From contig JBHGNT010000014.1 of the NCBI GenBank assembly GCA_043228905.1, positions 18,290,001 to 18,354,000 of the forward strand: 64,000 nucleotides of DNA. Direction: 5' to 3'. The number at the start of each line of letters is the position of its first letter. Position 1 is the first letter of the stretch. A program made the position numbers and the translations under genes. This stretch comes from Azolla caroliniana. Its lineage: Eukaryota > Plantae > Polypodiophyta. Shown piece by piece: positions 13,277 to 25,131 of the stretch. The notes beneath the pieces are model-generated. The model made no database searches and was not told the origin of the DNA. It saw only the letters and a program-made list of their open reading frames with translations.

Positions 13277-14967
13277 ATGAAAGATCAAAATATAATAGCG
13301 ATGAATTCCAAGTGGAGGAGCGGGTCCAATGTAGGGCACATTTTCAACACCAAGTTCCCAGATTTCTACATTGCATGATCCAAATTAGCCAAGGTAAGTG
13401 AAAAATCGTCGATTACCTATCTTATAAGCCATATTGAAATGGAAAACATTGGAAAACCATTTAGATGCTTCTTACAAATTACAGGAGAACACCAAAATAC
13501 ATGTCCCTAACATATTCAAGACATATTTATAGTGAACTTGTCGGTAATTTATGAAAATAAATGACAAACCTCTAGATTGATTTGTGATGAACCATTGCAA
13601 AGAAAAAACATTGGATTGAAGTGGGATTAACAAATTTGAAAATACAAGAAAAACACCACATTGAACTCTCATGAATTAATTAACAAAAGAACACTTGATT
13701 GAATCGAGATAAGCCACTTGTTATGAATATAAATTTTGAATTTGGATGCACCAATTGACAAATAAAAAACAAAACAACCACATTGATTTGAGATGAACTT
13801 GTTGAAAAAACACATAGTAGGTTGAATTGGGATGAACCAATTGAAAAGGAAAAAGACACTAGATTGGATTGGGATGAATTGGTTGTAAACGGAAACAAAG
13901 AGATTGAATCAAGATGAACCATTTCCATAAAAAAACACCATATTAAAGGATATTGAATCAGTGGTTCCAATTTAAAGTGCAAAAACACCGAATTGAATTG
14001 ACATGAATCAATCGGAGAAAACATAGGAACATTGATTGGATGGAATTGGAATGAAGAATTAAAAACTATCGTAGACATGGACAAGTGGGAGGAATTAAGA
14101 CAAGAGAGCAAAAAACACAATGGAAACTCAATATTTTTACAACAAGAAGACCAAGAAATTGAATCAAATAGATTTTTTAAAAATCCAAAAAATAAATAAA
14201 ATTGAAAAGACATCCAAAGAAGGAATTATAAAAGAAAAAATGCAACCAAAATCATCCCAAAAATAAAAACAAGGGTTGGGAGTTGAAATTTTGATCAAAG
14301 GAAACTCAATATTTTTAAACAACAAGACAAAGAAATTGAATCAAATAGATATAAAAGAAAAAATCGCGAGAAAAAAAAGAATTGAAAAGACACCCAAAGG
14401 TGGAATTAGAAAAGAAAAGAAAAACATCCAAAAAAGTGCAAGGGTTGGGAGTTGAAATTTTGATCATTGGATAGATACAGAGAACGAAAAAAGAAAAACA
14501 TTATAAGAATTGGGAGGAGAGGGAGTACCTTTGTGGTGATGATGATCCCCTACTAGCTCATCATGAGGGATGTTGGAAACAACCCAATGGATAATATTCT
14601 TGACCAAGGGATTTTCCGGTGACCTAGCATCGGGATCGACTATCACAAGTGTTAAGAGTGCTCCCTTGGGAATGCGCTCGCTCTTTGTCACCGCGACATG
14701 AGGCCTTGTTTGTGTGAAGTTCCTAGGGAGAATCTCCCCCAAGCTCACCACCTCTTGCTTCTTCCCTTGAGGAAAATCAAATGAGAGGCTTATGCTCACA
14801 CTAGGGCCATCTTCATAGGCATCCACCCAATCAGGCTTGACCGTGCCCCAAGCAAGCTTCGCTCTATCGAACCCCGGCGCCACCGTTGTCGATTCGGTGG
14901 CAGAAACAATGGTGGTCGTGGTGATGGCAAGGAGAGCCACCATGGCCACCCACCAGATAGCCACCAT
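11742..14967 (-). CDS. PEBP (phosphatidylethanolamine-binding/RKIP-fold) protein with N-terminal signal peptide; 3 exons: 14967-14529, 13365-13274, 11867-11742; about 218 aa
   Basis: Exon 1: MVAIWWVAMVALLAITTTTIVSA...LTLVIVDPDARSPENPLVKNIIHWVVSNIP...HHHHK. Exon 2: EIWELGVENVPYIGPAPPLGIHRYYILIFHQ. Exon 3: ETKINVATINNRRYFSVRNFTKTYHLSYPIGGTFFEVSANS*. The PEBP motifs (DPD, HW.V.NIP, Y.GP.PP.G.HRY, R..F..R.F...Y.L..P) are all present and the GT-AG junctions keep frame. Exons 2 and 3 are not in the ORF track. Confidence 0.92.
13590..14465. repeat. Degenerate roughly 30-bp tandem array plus a roughly 175-bp duplication in PEBP intron 1
   Basis: Recurrent ATTGAATTGG(G)ATGAACCAATTGAAAAAAAACAC-like units. 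14122-14298 resembles 14301-14465 (both end in AAGGGTTGGGAGTTGAAATTTTGATCA). Confidence 0.8.
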
Positions 14968-15109
14968 CTTCTTCTTCTTGACTTCGAACACTCTCTTGGG
15001 GAACACTCACTTGGGGTAGATAGTTCTCTTAGCTCCTTCTACTCTTCGTCTTCAGCCTCAACCCCTTTATATACATATAGAGGGAGATCATGACACCATT
15101 ACACACACA

Positions 15110-15162
<53 letters not shown>

Positions 15163-17977
15163 AGCATATATATTATAAGTTTGTGTTTGTATATATGTAT
15201 ATAATTTGTGTCTCTAGGCATTTGTATAACCTCCAAGAGTGTGGGTGAACCGCATCATAAGCCATGGTTCCTTTTGAGTCGACAAACCCCCAAGGACGAC
15301 GCCTCTTGCGACGATATATATATCTTCTTTTGGAGACCAATCATGTCACTACTCACTCAACTATGGGACCCAACCCAATACACACGCCCTTAAAAAAAAT
15401 TACATGAGAGTTCCTTTGTGTTGGTGCAAAGGATGTAGCCACATATGAATAATAAGATATAGCGAGTGACATATGCTCCAATTTAATAGAGAGATTACTT
15501 TAGATGACCTTTCTTATTGGTTATTACATGTATACATCACGTTAATGTACCATGGGGGAGGAGGGAGAGTTAATATATTCAAGTCAGCAAGCCAAAATGA
15601 ACCAAAGTTCAAAGAAATGACATTGATGTGAGATTTCATTGTGATTGTTTGTGACAAGGGAAAATTAGAAAGAAAAACTCTACCCATATATCAAACACTC
15701 ATAGAACGAATCTAGTGAGACTCGAGAGACAATGGCCATATTAATGGAGGACAAGTAAATGACATCACATGATCTCTTGTATGGGTATCTCTACAATGAA
15801 ATTAATATCATCTTGATAAAATGACTCATCATTCTTGTGCAACTATGTATAATGATGTATTGGATCAATGGATGTCATAGCCAACTATAGGGTGGAGACA
15901 ACGTTTATTAACATTCATGGAGATCAATCAATGAGGTTGGGTAGAGCCCATGGTGAGAATTGAACTCAAGTTCTCTCAATTTCAACCTCGACAATTTAGA
16001 TAAGTTGACTTATTAGGTGATTTCAATTGGAGTGCATGGGTTACTAGAATGTATAGCTTGCCACGAGGATACACCATCAATAAAATAATTAAATGGAAAA
16101 TTGAAAGAGAGAGAGAGAGATAGACCAATATATCATTTTTTGGATTATAGAAAGTCCCCTTTAGGCCCTCGTCTCCTTGAAGAGAATATTTCCATCATGG
16201 GGACCTCTACGTTAGGTGAAACGTCCACATGACAATCGTGTAACTCTGTGAGCCTTACAATTGTATTGTACTAATGCTCATAGATATGAATATATAAACT
16301 TGGTTTTTTTCTTTCTTATTGAATGGTTGAATTCAAGGAAATCTTGACAAGTCCATATGCATATATCCTATGGCATATGTGTTTCTCTTGGGACCAAATA
16401 TAAAAATTGGACCAACAAACATTGTCATTGTGGGTACCCTACTAGTAGGGTCAAATGCAAAATTGTCAAGAAACTCACATTTGATGAAGGCACCATTTTT
16501 CTTGACATTAGAGTATGAATGTGACTTGTGCCCAAAGGAATATATATATATATATATTCGTGAAAGGGGGTGAAATAGAATTGCAAAACTATTTGAAGAT
16601 TTGAGAATTGTGATCCAAATCAAACAAAGTGAATGGTTAATAAATCTTCATTTGACCCCCTCTAACAAATTAGGACGAGTCTAAGAGAACTGGCTAGAAA
16701 TACCACGTCTTCAACTGCCTCAAAAGGGAATGTTTTATAAAGTTCTTCTACTAGAATGTTATCTTACTATGTAGGTTATCAAGCCCTTGTTCTTAGGCAA
16801 ACCCTAAACTAAGCTTCTTAGAGTTATTTGCTTTTTATTGGTAGTTTCCATTTTTGTGGTTTTGCTATAGATGGAAGATATGGGGCAATGAGATGTTTGT
16901 CTACTTGAAAATTTGGCATTGGCAATCACATCGCCAATGTGGTGCCTTCTTGTGATGCATGCTCTTGCTCATAGTTTGCTCTAGGTAGCTTTCCACAACC
17001 CTCAATTTCCTTCCAAATATCTTTCTCATTAAGTAATCTCTCTTTTCATCAAATGTATATCGCACACATTATGGAAAATTTGAACACCTCTTCGTTCCCA
17101 AAACAATTTTTCGGAAAAGTTTCAATTTCATTCATCAAAATGTGTGTATTTCTAGTGGAATTGTGTTCCTTCTATAGCAAAACTTCATGGAGTTGTTGGC
17201 ATTCTTTCCTAAATCACATGGACCATTTTCCATGATCATTTAGCAATGGAGCTATAAGTACATCGATCACACTTATTCAACTTAATCTACACACCAATAG
17301 TTCCTATTTCTTCTATCTAAATAAAGGTTGTTGATATGTTATTATATTATGATGAGCCAACGATGGCTGCTCCAACAAAATCACTTACCAACTTAAATAT
17401 TGAAGTGCTTCATTTTTTCTATCTATATGAAAAAGTCCATTGAAATGAAAAGGTATGTATTTATTTATATATGTTCACATCTACTTGTGGACCCATATCT
17501 TTATATATGTTCACGTCTACTTGTGGACCCATCGGACAATCCTTGAATTACAATCCGCCCATCATATATAAATTGCAACGTGCATGATCGTGTGTTCCAT
17601 TTGACGAGGATAATATATTGTGAATCCATGTCTCATTGGACGTATTGTCTACAAATTTCGTTCGATAACAATGATATTTTTGCTTTCTAAAACCTTTTTG
17701 GCTTAGAATTATATTGCATCATTTAAAATGAAAAAGTGACTATCTTTTTTGTGAGCTTATCTAAGCATGTTTCATAAGGGTGATAAAGGAGTGTTCACAC
17801 ATCTAACATTAATCTTTTCAAAATACAGACAAGTGAGTTTCCTTTTGATTCATGTGAACTAACCCATACAAGGATACTTAATTAAATTTAATACAACAAA
17901 AAAAGTACTACCAACTTGATTTGAGGCATTCGGAATGTAATCATCTTATATAATGCTTTCTCCACCTTCAAAATGGA

Positions 17978-20150
17978 CTGATGGGATGACATTCAAGTAC
18001 CTCGGATTTACGATGGGGAGGGCAATCCCCAAGGGAGCGCAATTGTCACATGTGCAAGCCAAACTAAGCAAGAAGTTGAACCAATGGAGCAGGTCTAAAC
18101 TATCCTTTGCTGGTAGGGTTCTTATTGTGAACCAAGTGATGCTCGGCACCATGTGGCACTCAGTCTCGTGCTGGATTATGGACCCTTCAAGCTTGCACGT
18201 GGTTAAGGCTGCCATCAGGGGGTTTATATGGTCATGTAAGGATAACCTGATGGCTGCCGCTAGAGTGTCATGGCATTGGTTAACACAACCGCGGGCCAAA
18301 GGGGGGCTTGGCCTCATAGACCCCTTAATGCAGAGCCAAGCATTGCTAGCCAAAATGGTGGTTCGTTGCCTCCTACCAGGTAAGGGGTTTTGGAAGGTTT
18401 TACTTCGCAATAGGTTGCAGGTAGGGACTCCCAAGTATGGTAGGCCTTGGCCCGACTCCTTGAATTGGTGTTGCACAAGCGGCGTCCCACCCAAGATGGC
18501 TTGTCTTCCGAAGGAGAGGGTCACAAACTCCATCTTGCGGGCATGGTGTCACGTACGACATCATTTGGCCAAGCACACGCATCGAGTGGTCTAGACAACC
18601 ATTATTTTGGAACCCTCAGGTGCAAACAAGTGACTACATGATGTTAGGCCAGCTTAAAGGCCTTGCATGGGGAAAGCTGGCGCAAACAGGGCTTCACTCT
18701 TTAGATGATTGGAGACGCACAATGGCTTTAGGAGGAGCCCAAGAGGTCCCATTCCCTCCCCTCAAGGGAGCCATGAAAATGCGGAGATTGCTAGCTGAGG
18801 CAGTTGATAGGGTTTTGATGGGGGAGGTGAGAGAAGATGCTTGGTTCAGTCTCTTTGATGAGGCTGGAAGGGTTAAGGCACTGCAGGGCGTGAGCGGATC
18901 AGGAAGAGATAGGATTTTTGGGGAGAGTCAAAGTAGCGGCTCTTGGCACCCTATTCGCGTGGTGGCACAAGTTGGTAACATCTGGAAGACAGACCCGGAT
19001 GTTGCTAAGGTGGAACCCCATTGGAAGTTATGAGTATAAGGTTGTCATCCCCTCGTCGAACTAGAATGGGACCCAAGGGATTTCAGGTGGAAACATGATG
19101 GCAAATTTCGCCATTTCTTCGAGTACAACACTAAACTGGGTCAGGCTTTTCAACTGCAACTAGACGGCCCCTTACGCAATGGTCGGCGTACATTGGGCAT
19201 CCTTGATGAGGTGCTCATTACCTTTTGGAAGGGTCTCTGGCATCTCCACTTGCCGGAAAAGATAAAGTTATTTTGGTGGCAAATCGGTCATAATGTGGTT
19301 CCCATTGGCAAATGGCTAGGTAAATGTGGCAGCCCGTTAGGCTGCCCACTTTGCCATTCACCTATTGAGACTCTGAGGCATTGTTTGTGGGATTGCCCTC
19401 ACGCTCAAAAGGTATGGGATAGAGTGACTCGCCTCCTTGCGGCATGTGAAGTGGAAGGAACAGCATCGTGGAGTGTTGCGGCATGGCTTGATCACTCTAT
19501 TGATAGGTGGACGGATGCCTTCAATGCGGATAGTTGGTGCTATGTATGCATGAGAGGAAAAATCGCCAAGATTCTATTTGAGAGAGGCTTGCAGTCCACA
19601 TCCCCTAGGTTGCCGGACATTTGGATGCTGATCGCAGGCTTCACCCTGTGGTATGTATGGAAAGCGTGTTGCCTAAAGGTCTTCCAAGATCTTGTGCGGC
19701 CCCTGGAGGAAGTGATCATGGACATATGGTTTGCGCTTATTAGCTGCCTACGAGGGCAATTGGACGAGGTTTGCAGCCATTCCTCTAACGTGGGTACTGC
19801 CCGTTTGTGCTTTTGGCAGAAATGGCGGAACACGCCTATGGTGACACAAGGAGGAAGTGGCCCAAGGTGGAACTACTAGCCCCCACGTTAGCTGTTTTTG
19901 GCTCACTTACCACCCTCCCTTTGTTGTCGACCCCAAGAGTTGTCTCGTACTAGCCAACACTGCAGGGCACTGTTTTAGTTGTAGGTACTTACACTAAGTA
20001 GTCAGTCCGAAAGGCGATGTAACTAGTTTCAATTTCTTGAACTTGATCGGAGGGAGATTCCCCCATCTATGTTTAAGCCTCCTTGTACAGTCTCTTTGTA
20101 ATAATTCTACCTAACTAATGGGAAAGTAGCTTCATTTTGGGAAAAAAAAA
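17978..20150 (+). mobile_element. 5'-truncated L1/Tx1-like LINE (RT end, zf-RVT region, 3' UTR, poly-A)
   Basis: ORFs contain FKYLG, LSFAGRVLIVNQVM, WLTQPRAKGGLGLID and KIKLFWW...CPLCHSPIETLRHCLWDC. There are stops and frameshifts, an A-tail at 20142-20151, and a candidate TSD AAAATGGA at 17970-17977 and 20148-20155. Confidence 0.92.
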
Positions 20151-21075
20151 ATGGATTGTAAGGCAAATAAGGAAGGATTTCTCCACCTGATATCCAGGAT
20201 AATTTTTAATACTCTAATAGTTGAAACTTGATATCGTACCAAATACAAGGGTAGTCAAGCATTTCCCTTGTTTTAAAACACATGCATAACATAACTTCCA
20301 TGTTATCCCTTCCATAACAATTATACATTCAGGCATTATCAAGCCATTAAGTTACACCATCAATTACACAACATAGTACATGGAAAGAAAACAGATGGCA
20401 ACGATATTGTTACCATACAACCATTCATTTATACTTTTATCATTACGTTGTGATTCTTAGTCAATAAATTAATGCTTGCAGCCCAAAGATTTAAATCCAA
20501 CCATAGAAAAATGGGCAAAAAAAGTGCAGGCCTTCACATTCAAAAACAATTTGCATCATGCTACAATTGACAATAGATTACAATTGCACAACTCACATGT
20601 TACATTCAATGCATCCCTTTGATGGGATAAATAAATAGGCTTGAGACTAGGAGAAAGCGGACTTGAGTCTAGGGTTTAATTATTTTATTTTCTTTGAATG
20701 CATGTTTGCATATCCTTTGTGGATGAATTAAGTGCATTCCAAAAAATGTATCTCATGGTTCAAACCTGAAATCCACAATTTGAAACCCTTTTTAGGCTTG
20801 GAAAATTATTTTACATGTATGCGGCATACGTGGGTCCATATTTGATTCGACGTATACTCAAGGAATGAGCTAAAGCTTTATGGAAATTAGATCAATAAAC
20901 CCAAAAACTCATGGAAGGTAAATAATGTTAATATGGGCCTTCTTTCCATTGGTTTTTGTTTATTTGGGTGTTGAACTCTAGACCTATGCCTTCCATGTAG
21001 GCATTCTTTTTAAGTTTATATTGATAGGTCCGTTTTAAATGTATCATGTTAATTTTTTCCAACTTCCACTCTTCA

Positions 21076-23305
21076 TTACCCACATGATAAAATGGAATCA
21101 TCACGACTTGATCGATCCATTAATGGTCTATATCCATTCTCCTCCATATACATGCGTAGGCGATCCAGCTTTGCATACATGTCATGATATTGTTCCATAT
21201 TGTTTTTGTCACCTACAACAAAATCATACACATTATTATCGATCTCGAGAAATGCTTGACCGGGTTTCTTCCAAGAAGTTGAAGATAGCCTCAGGTCTTC
21301 AAGTCTTTTAGCATCCTCCCAACGACCCACGTATGCATAAATTCTTGACATAATTACGTATGCCGCACAATTATTCTGATCAATCGAAAGCACACTATGG
21401 AAGCATCGTTCGCCTTGTTCTAGATCTCCATGTGTCTTGCAATGATCGAGTAATGTTGTCCAGCCGATAATATTCTCTTGAAATGGCATCATATGTAGTA
21501 TATCTATAGCTTCATTTAGGTGACCTGCTCGACCAAGGAGATCAACTACACCATTGTAATGATCAATGGTGGGCTCTATACCATGGTTTGGCCTTAACGA
21601 ATTGAAATGATAACACCCTTCCAAAACTAGACCCAAATGGCTACAAGCAGACAGAAGTGATGTAAATGTGACATCATCTGGTTTCATACCTTCTCTTCTC
21701 ATATGTTCATAGTATTGCAAAGCTGATGCAAAATCACTATGCTCAGCACATCCTGCTATTATAGAGTTCCATATAACAACATCTTTGCTTGATAATCTAT
21801 CAAATAGTCTACGTGCATCTACGAGGCTACCACAGTTAGCAAACATGTCTATCAATGCACTTGCAACATATACATCTGACTCATAACCACTTTTCAGTAC
21901 ATCGGCATGGATGAGTTTGCCCTCATTGAATGCCGCAATACTGGAACATGCTTTGAGAATGGATGAAAATGTAGTAGAATTCAACTCTAGGCGTTCTAAT
22001 CTCATCTTCTGAGACAGTTTAATTGCATCTTGCGCTTTCCCTTGGTAGATAAACCCAGCAATCATGGCACTCCAAGTAACCACATCATGTCTTGGTAGTA
22101 GTTCAAACACTCTATATGCATCTTCTGTACTATTACATTTTATGTACATGTCTATGAGAGAACTACCGACAACAGTACTTGATTCTAAACCTCTACTTAT
22201 GATACAATTGTGAACGAGCTTGCCTCGATCCAAGGCTGATGTGTTTGACTGTCGCCCTTTCAAAAGGATTGTATATGTCACCTGGTCTGGTTCTATATCT
22301 TGTTCTTGCATTAAGAGGAAGAGAGAGATTGTATGCAAATCATCACCAGATTCTGCATATCCTCCGATTAAAGCATTCCATACAATCACGTCCCGGCTTT
22401 GCATGGTATCAAAAATATGTTGTGCATTTTCCATTTGTCCACATTTCGCATACATGTCGATTAAAGTGCTTGCCAGAAGTAAATCAGACTCACTACAAGT
22501 TTCAATGATACAGAAATTAATCAATTTTCCATAATATGCATGTTTTAAGCTACCACATGCTTGAAGAGCAGAAATGAAGACAACATTATCCACCTCGAGA
22601 CCCTTGAACTGCATTTTGAGGAAAAGATAGAGTGCCTTCTTTGGTAATCCATACTGGATATAACCAGATAACAATGCACCCCATGTAACTAAAGTTTTTT
22701 CTTTTGACATATCAAAGACTGCCTGTCCATCTCTAAGGCTCCCGCACTTGCAATACATGTCCACCAGGATGTTTGTAACAAAAACATTGGAGTCCAAGTT
22801 ATACCTCACAACATCTACATGTATCATTCTCCCTTCTCTCAATGAGGTTGAATCTGAACATGCTTTCAACACAGCAACAAAAACATGACCATCTGGTCTA
22901 ATGTTTGAAGAACACATGGCATGGTATAAGCTTATGGCTTCTTCCATGTGCCCCAAAGTGGAATGTGCAGATATGATTGCACCCCAGGAAAAAATACTCG
23001 GATTAGACAACACCTGGAATACTTCAGTTGCATCCACTAAACTTCCACATGAGGCAAACATCCGGATTAGATGGCTCCCTAAGAATGCATTTGACTCTAA
23101 TGAGTTTTTTTTAATAATATTGTGCACTTTTCTTCCTGAAGCAATGTCTTTCCTTTTTATGCAATCTTGCAGAAGCCTAAATAGATGTTTAAATGATATG
23201 GGATTCTGTTGTTGGGTGCTTACATCCTGCTCTTTGGGAAAAACGTCACATGTATCCCCAAGAAGACTAGAGAGTGTATTTTTTGGATCATTTCTCACAG
23301 CTACC
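21076..23305 (-). CDS. PLS-class PPR protein with E1-E2 and a truncated DYW (E+), probable organellar RNA-editing specificity factor; main exon only, 5' exon(s) uncertain
   Basis: 740-codon open frame of P/L/S motifs (e.g. LIDMYAKCGQMENAQHIFD..DVIVWNALIGGY), then E motifs and WKKPGQAFLEIDNNVYDFVVGD...LSCG*. There is no in-frame ATG before the first PPR motif. An acceptor TGTAG lies at 23310-23306, and a phase-compatible candidate first exon lies at 24948-24890. Confidence 0.95.
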
Positions 23306-25131
23306 CTACAATTTGATAATATAGATCCATATAATTTTAATGTTCAAAAAGCGTTTACAAGCTCAAAACTTGAACCTTTCAAATATATGACATAACTATA
23401 GTTTAGAGATCACACATTGCATATAAATAATAAAACCAACACGCACATGTCTGAAGACTCCAAAGTACACAAATATTTAATATGTCAAGATATTGCTAAA
23501 GACAAGTGCAGGTACTGACACAAGAATACATATTTCAGGTGAGTGCCACTATGACATATAAAATAATCTAGATGCTTTTTACCATCCCCAATTCATCATT
23601 ACCTTGACATATTAAGAAGCGACATTTCTATACAACCTTGACACTTGACGGCATGGTTTTCTTTTTTCTTTATACACTACTAGATATGGTTGGGAATCCT
23701 TTTGTTTGAGATGGATATGCATTCCTTTACATCATTCATGTTTGTAGTTATCCATAAAATATTAACCAAACCCTTGTAATAGTTTTGTCAATTGCACATG
23801 CTCTTTGTTTGGCTTCTTTTATTTATGCATATGCATCATACATGATAATTAGAATTAGTGAGTTTAGACAATTCCCCTTCCCCTTTTCTCCAACTTAACT
23901 ACATGTTTTGATCAAGCTATTTCAATCCACATGTTTAGATCCACATATCAATTACGTTAATCTTGTTAAGTTTCGTTAATGTGTATCCACATTGTTGATT
24001 CAAATCTTGAGAAATCATCAATTAACATTACCATTACTCCCGTCTTTAGATTCTTACCATAGATAGTTTTACCCATATTTTTTCCCTCTAGCAAATGAAT
24101 ATTGTAAGGAGGTTTTCTAATCATATACTCGGCCATGTCATCCTTCATATAACTGAAAATGATTCACCATAACACCTTCAGTGTCCGTTCATAAAATCCC
24201 AAGGAGATCTTAGCCATAGAGCAAACCCCTTTTGGCATAGGTCCTACTATGGCAGTATACACGTTTTCCAGAAAAAAGAGTGGCCTTACTTCATGAATAT
24301 GTGCAAACACCGAATTCCTATAAATTTGCAGTATTGCTTCAAAATTTCCTTATTTGTCATGCATTAAAAGGAAACCCAGCCAAATAAACAGTTTCCAGTC
24401 AGAAATATCTGCAAAGCTAGCAAACTATATATATAATTTCCCATGGCATTGTCTCATTATTTCCTACTGTTTCATGGGTAAAAAGGAACACAGTTAGATT
24501 AGTAACTTAACTTAGTTTATAAAAATCCAACAAATTATATAAAAACTTCTCCTAAATCCCCAAAACTTTTTTTTGTTTTTTTCTCAAAATATCTTCATTG
24601 AATTTTATGAATGAAAAAGAAATTCCTACAGATTTTACACCATTCTAGTCATTTCCTATTGCTTCATGCATAAAAAGGAACATAGCCTGACCAGCAGTTA
24701 GCCCTGCTTTCTCGAAAATCCATACACAAGTTTTTGGGTTTGTTTCGTAATATCTTGATTATAATTTGAGAATGAAACGAAAACGGATTTTTTAGCACAA
24801 AATGGTTATGCATCATTCCATTCGCCATGAAAAAGAGAACAAAAGAAAAAAGAAAAAAGAAGCAAATCAGTCTTTCATATGATTTGAACCTGGGAAAAGT
24901 TGAAACAAGGGACTTGGAAGGAGTTTGATTCTTGAGGAATTCCTTCATATCCACATCCTCTGTCCTCTGAGGGGAACCATTTCTGTTTGCTGTGTTGTTT
25001 CAAATTGAAGGGAGGTAAGAAGCAGGACTCACATTCACTGCTTCCTCTTCTAATAATAAAATAGTGTAAGAGGATTTCCAAACATGCATCTATTGTTTGG
25101 GATAATACCAAAACTAGCCCTAATCTTCTCT

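Noticed and set aside
13680-14213. 177-aa ORF or CRISPR-like array
   Set aside because: A degenerate intronic minisatellite in a eukaryote, with no constant repeat plus unique spacers.
14464-15006. Calling the PEBP FT, TFL1 or MFT, or using the 180-aa ORF as given
   Set aside because: The diagnostic residues and exon structure do not match those genes. The ORF starts at a GTG and reads into intron 1.
22220-23395. Plus-strand ORFs over the PPR gene
   Set aside because: Antisense shadows with no motifs.
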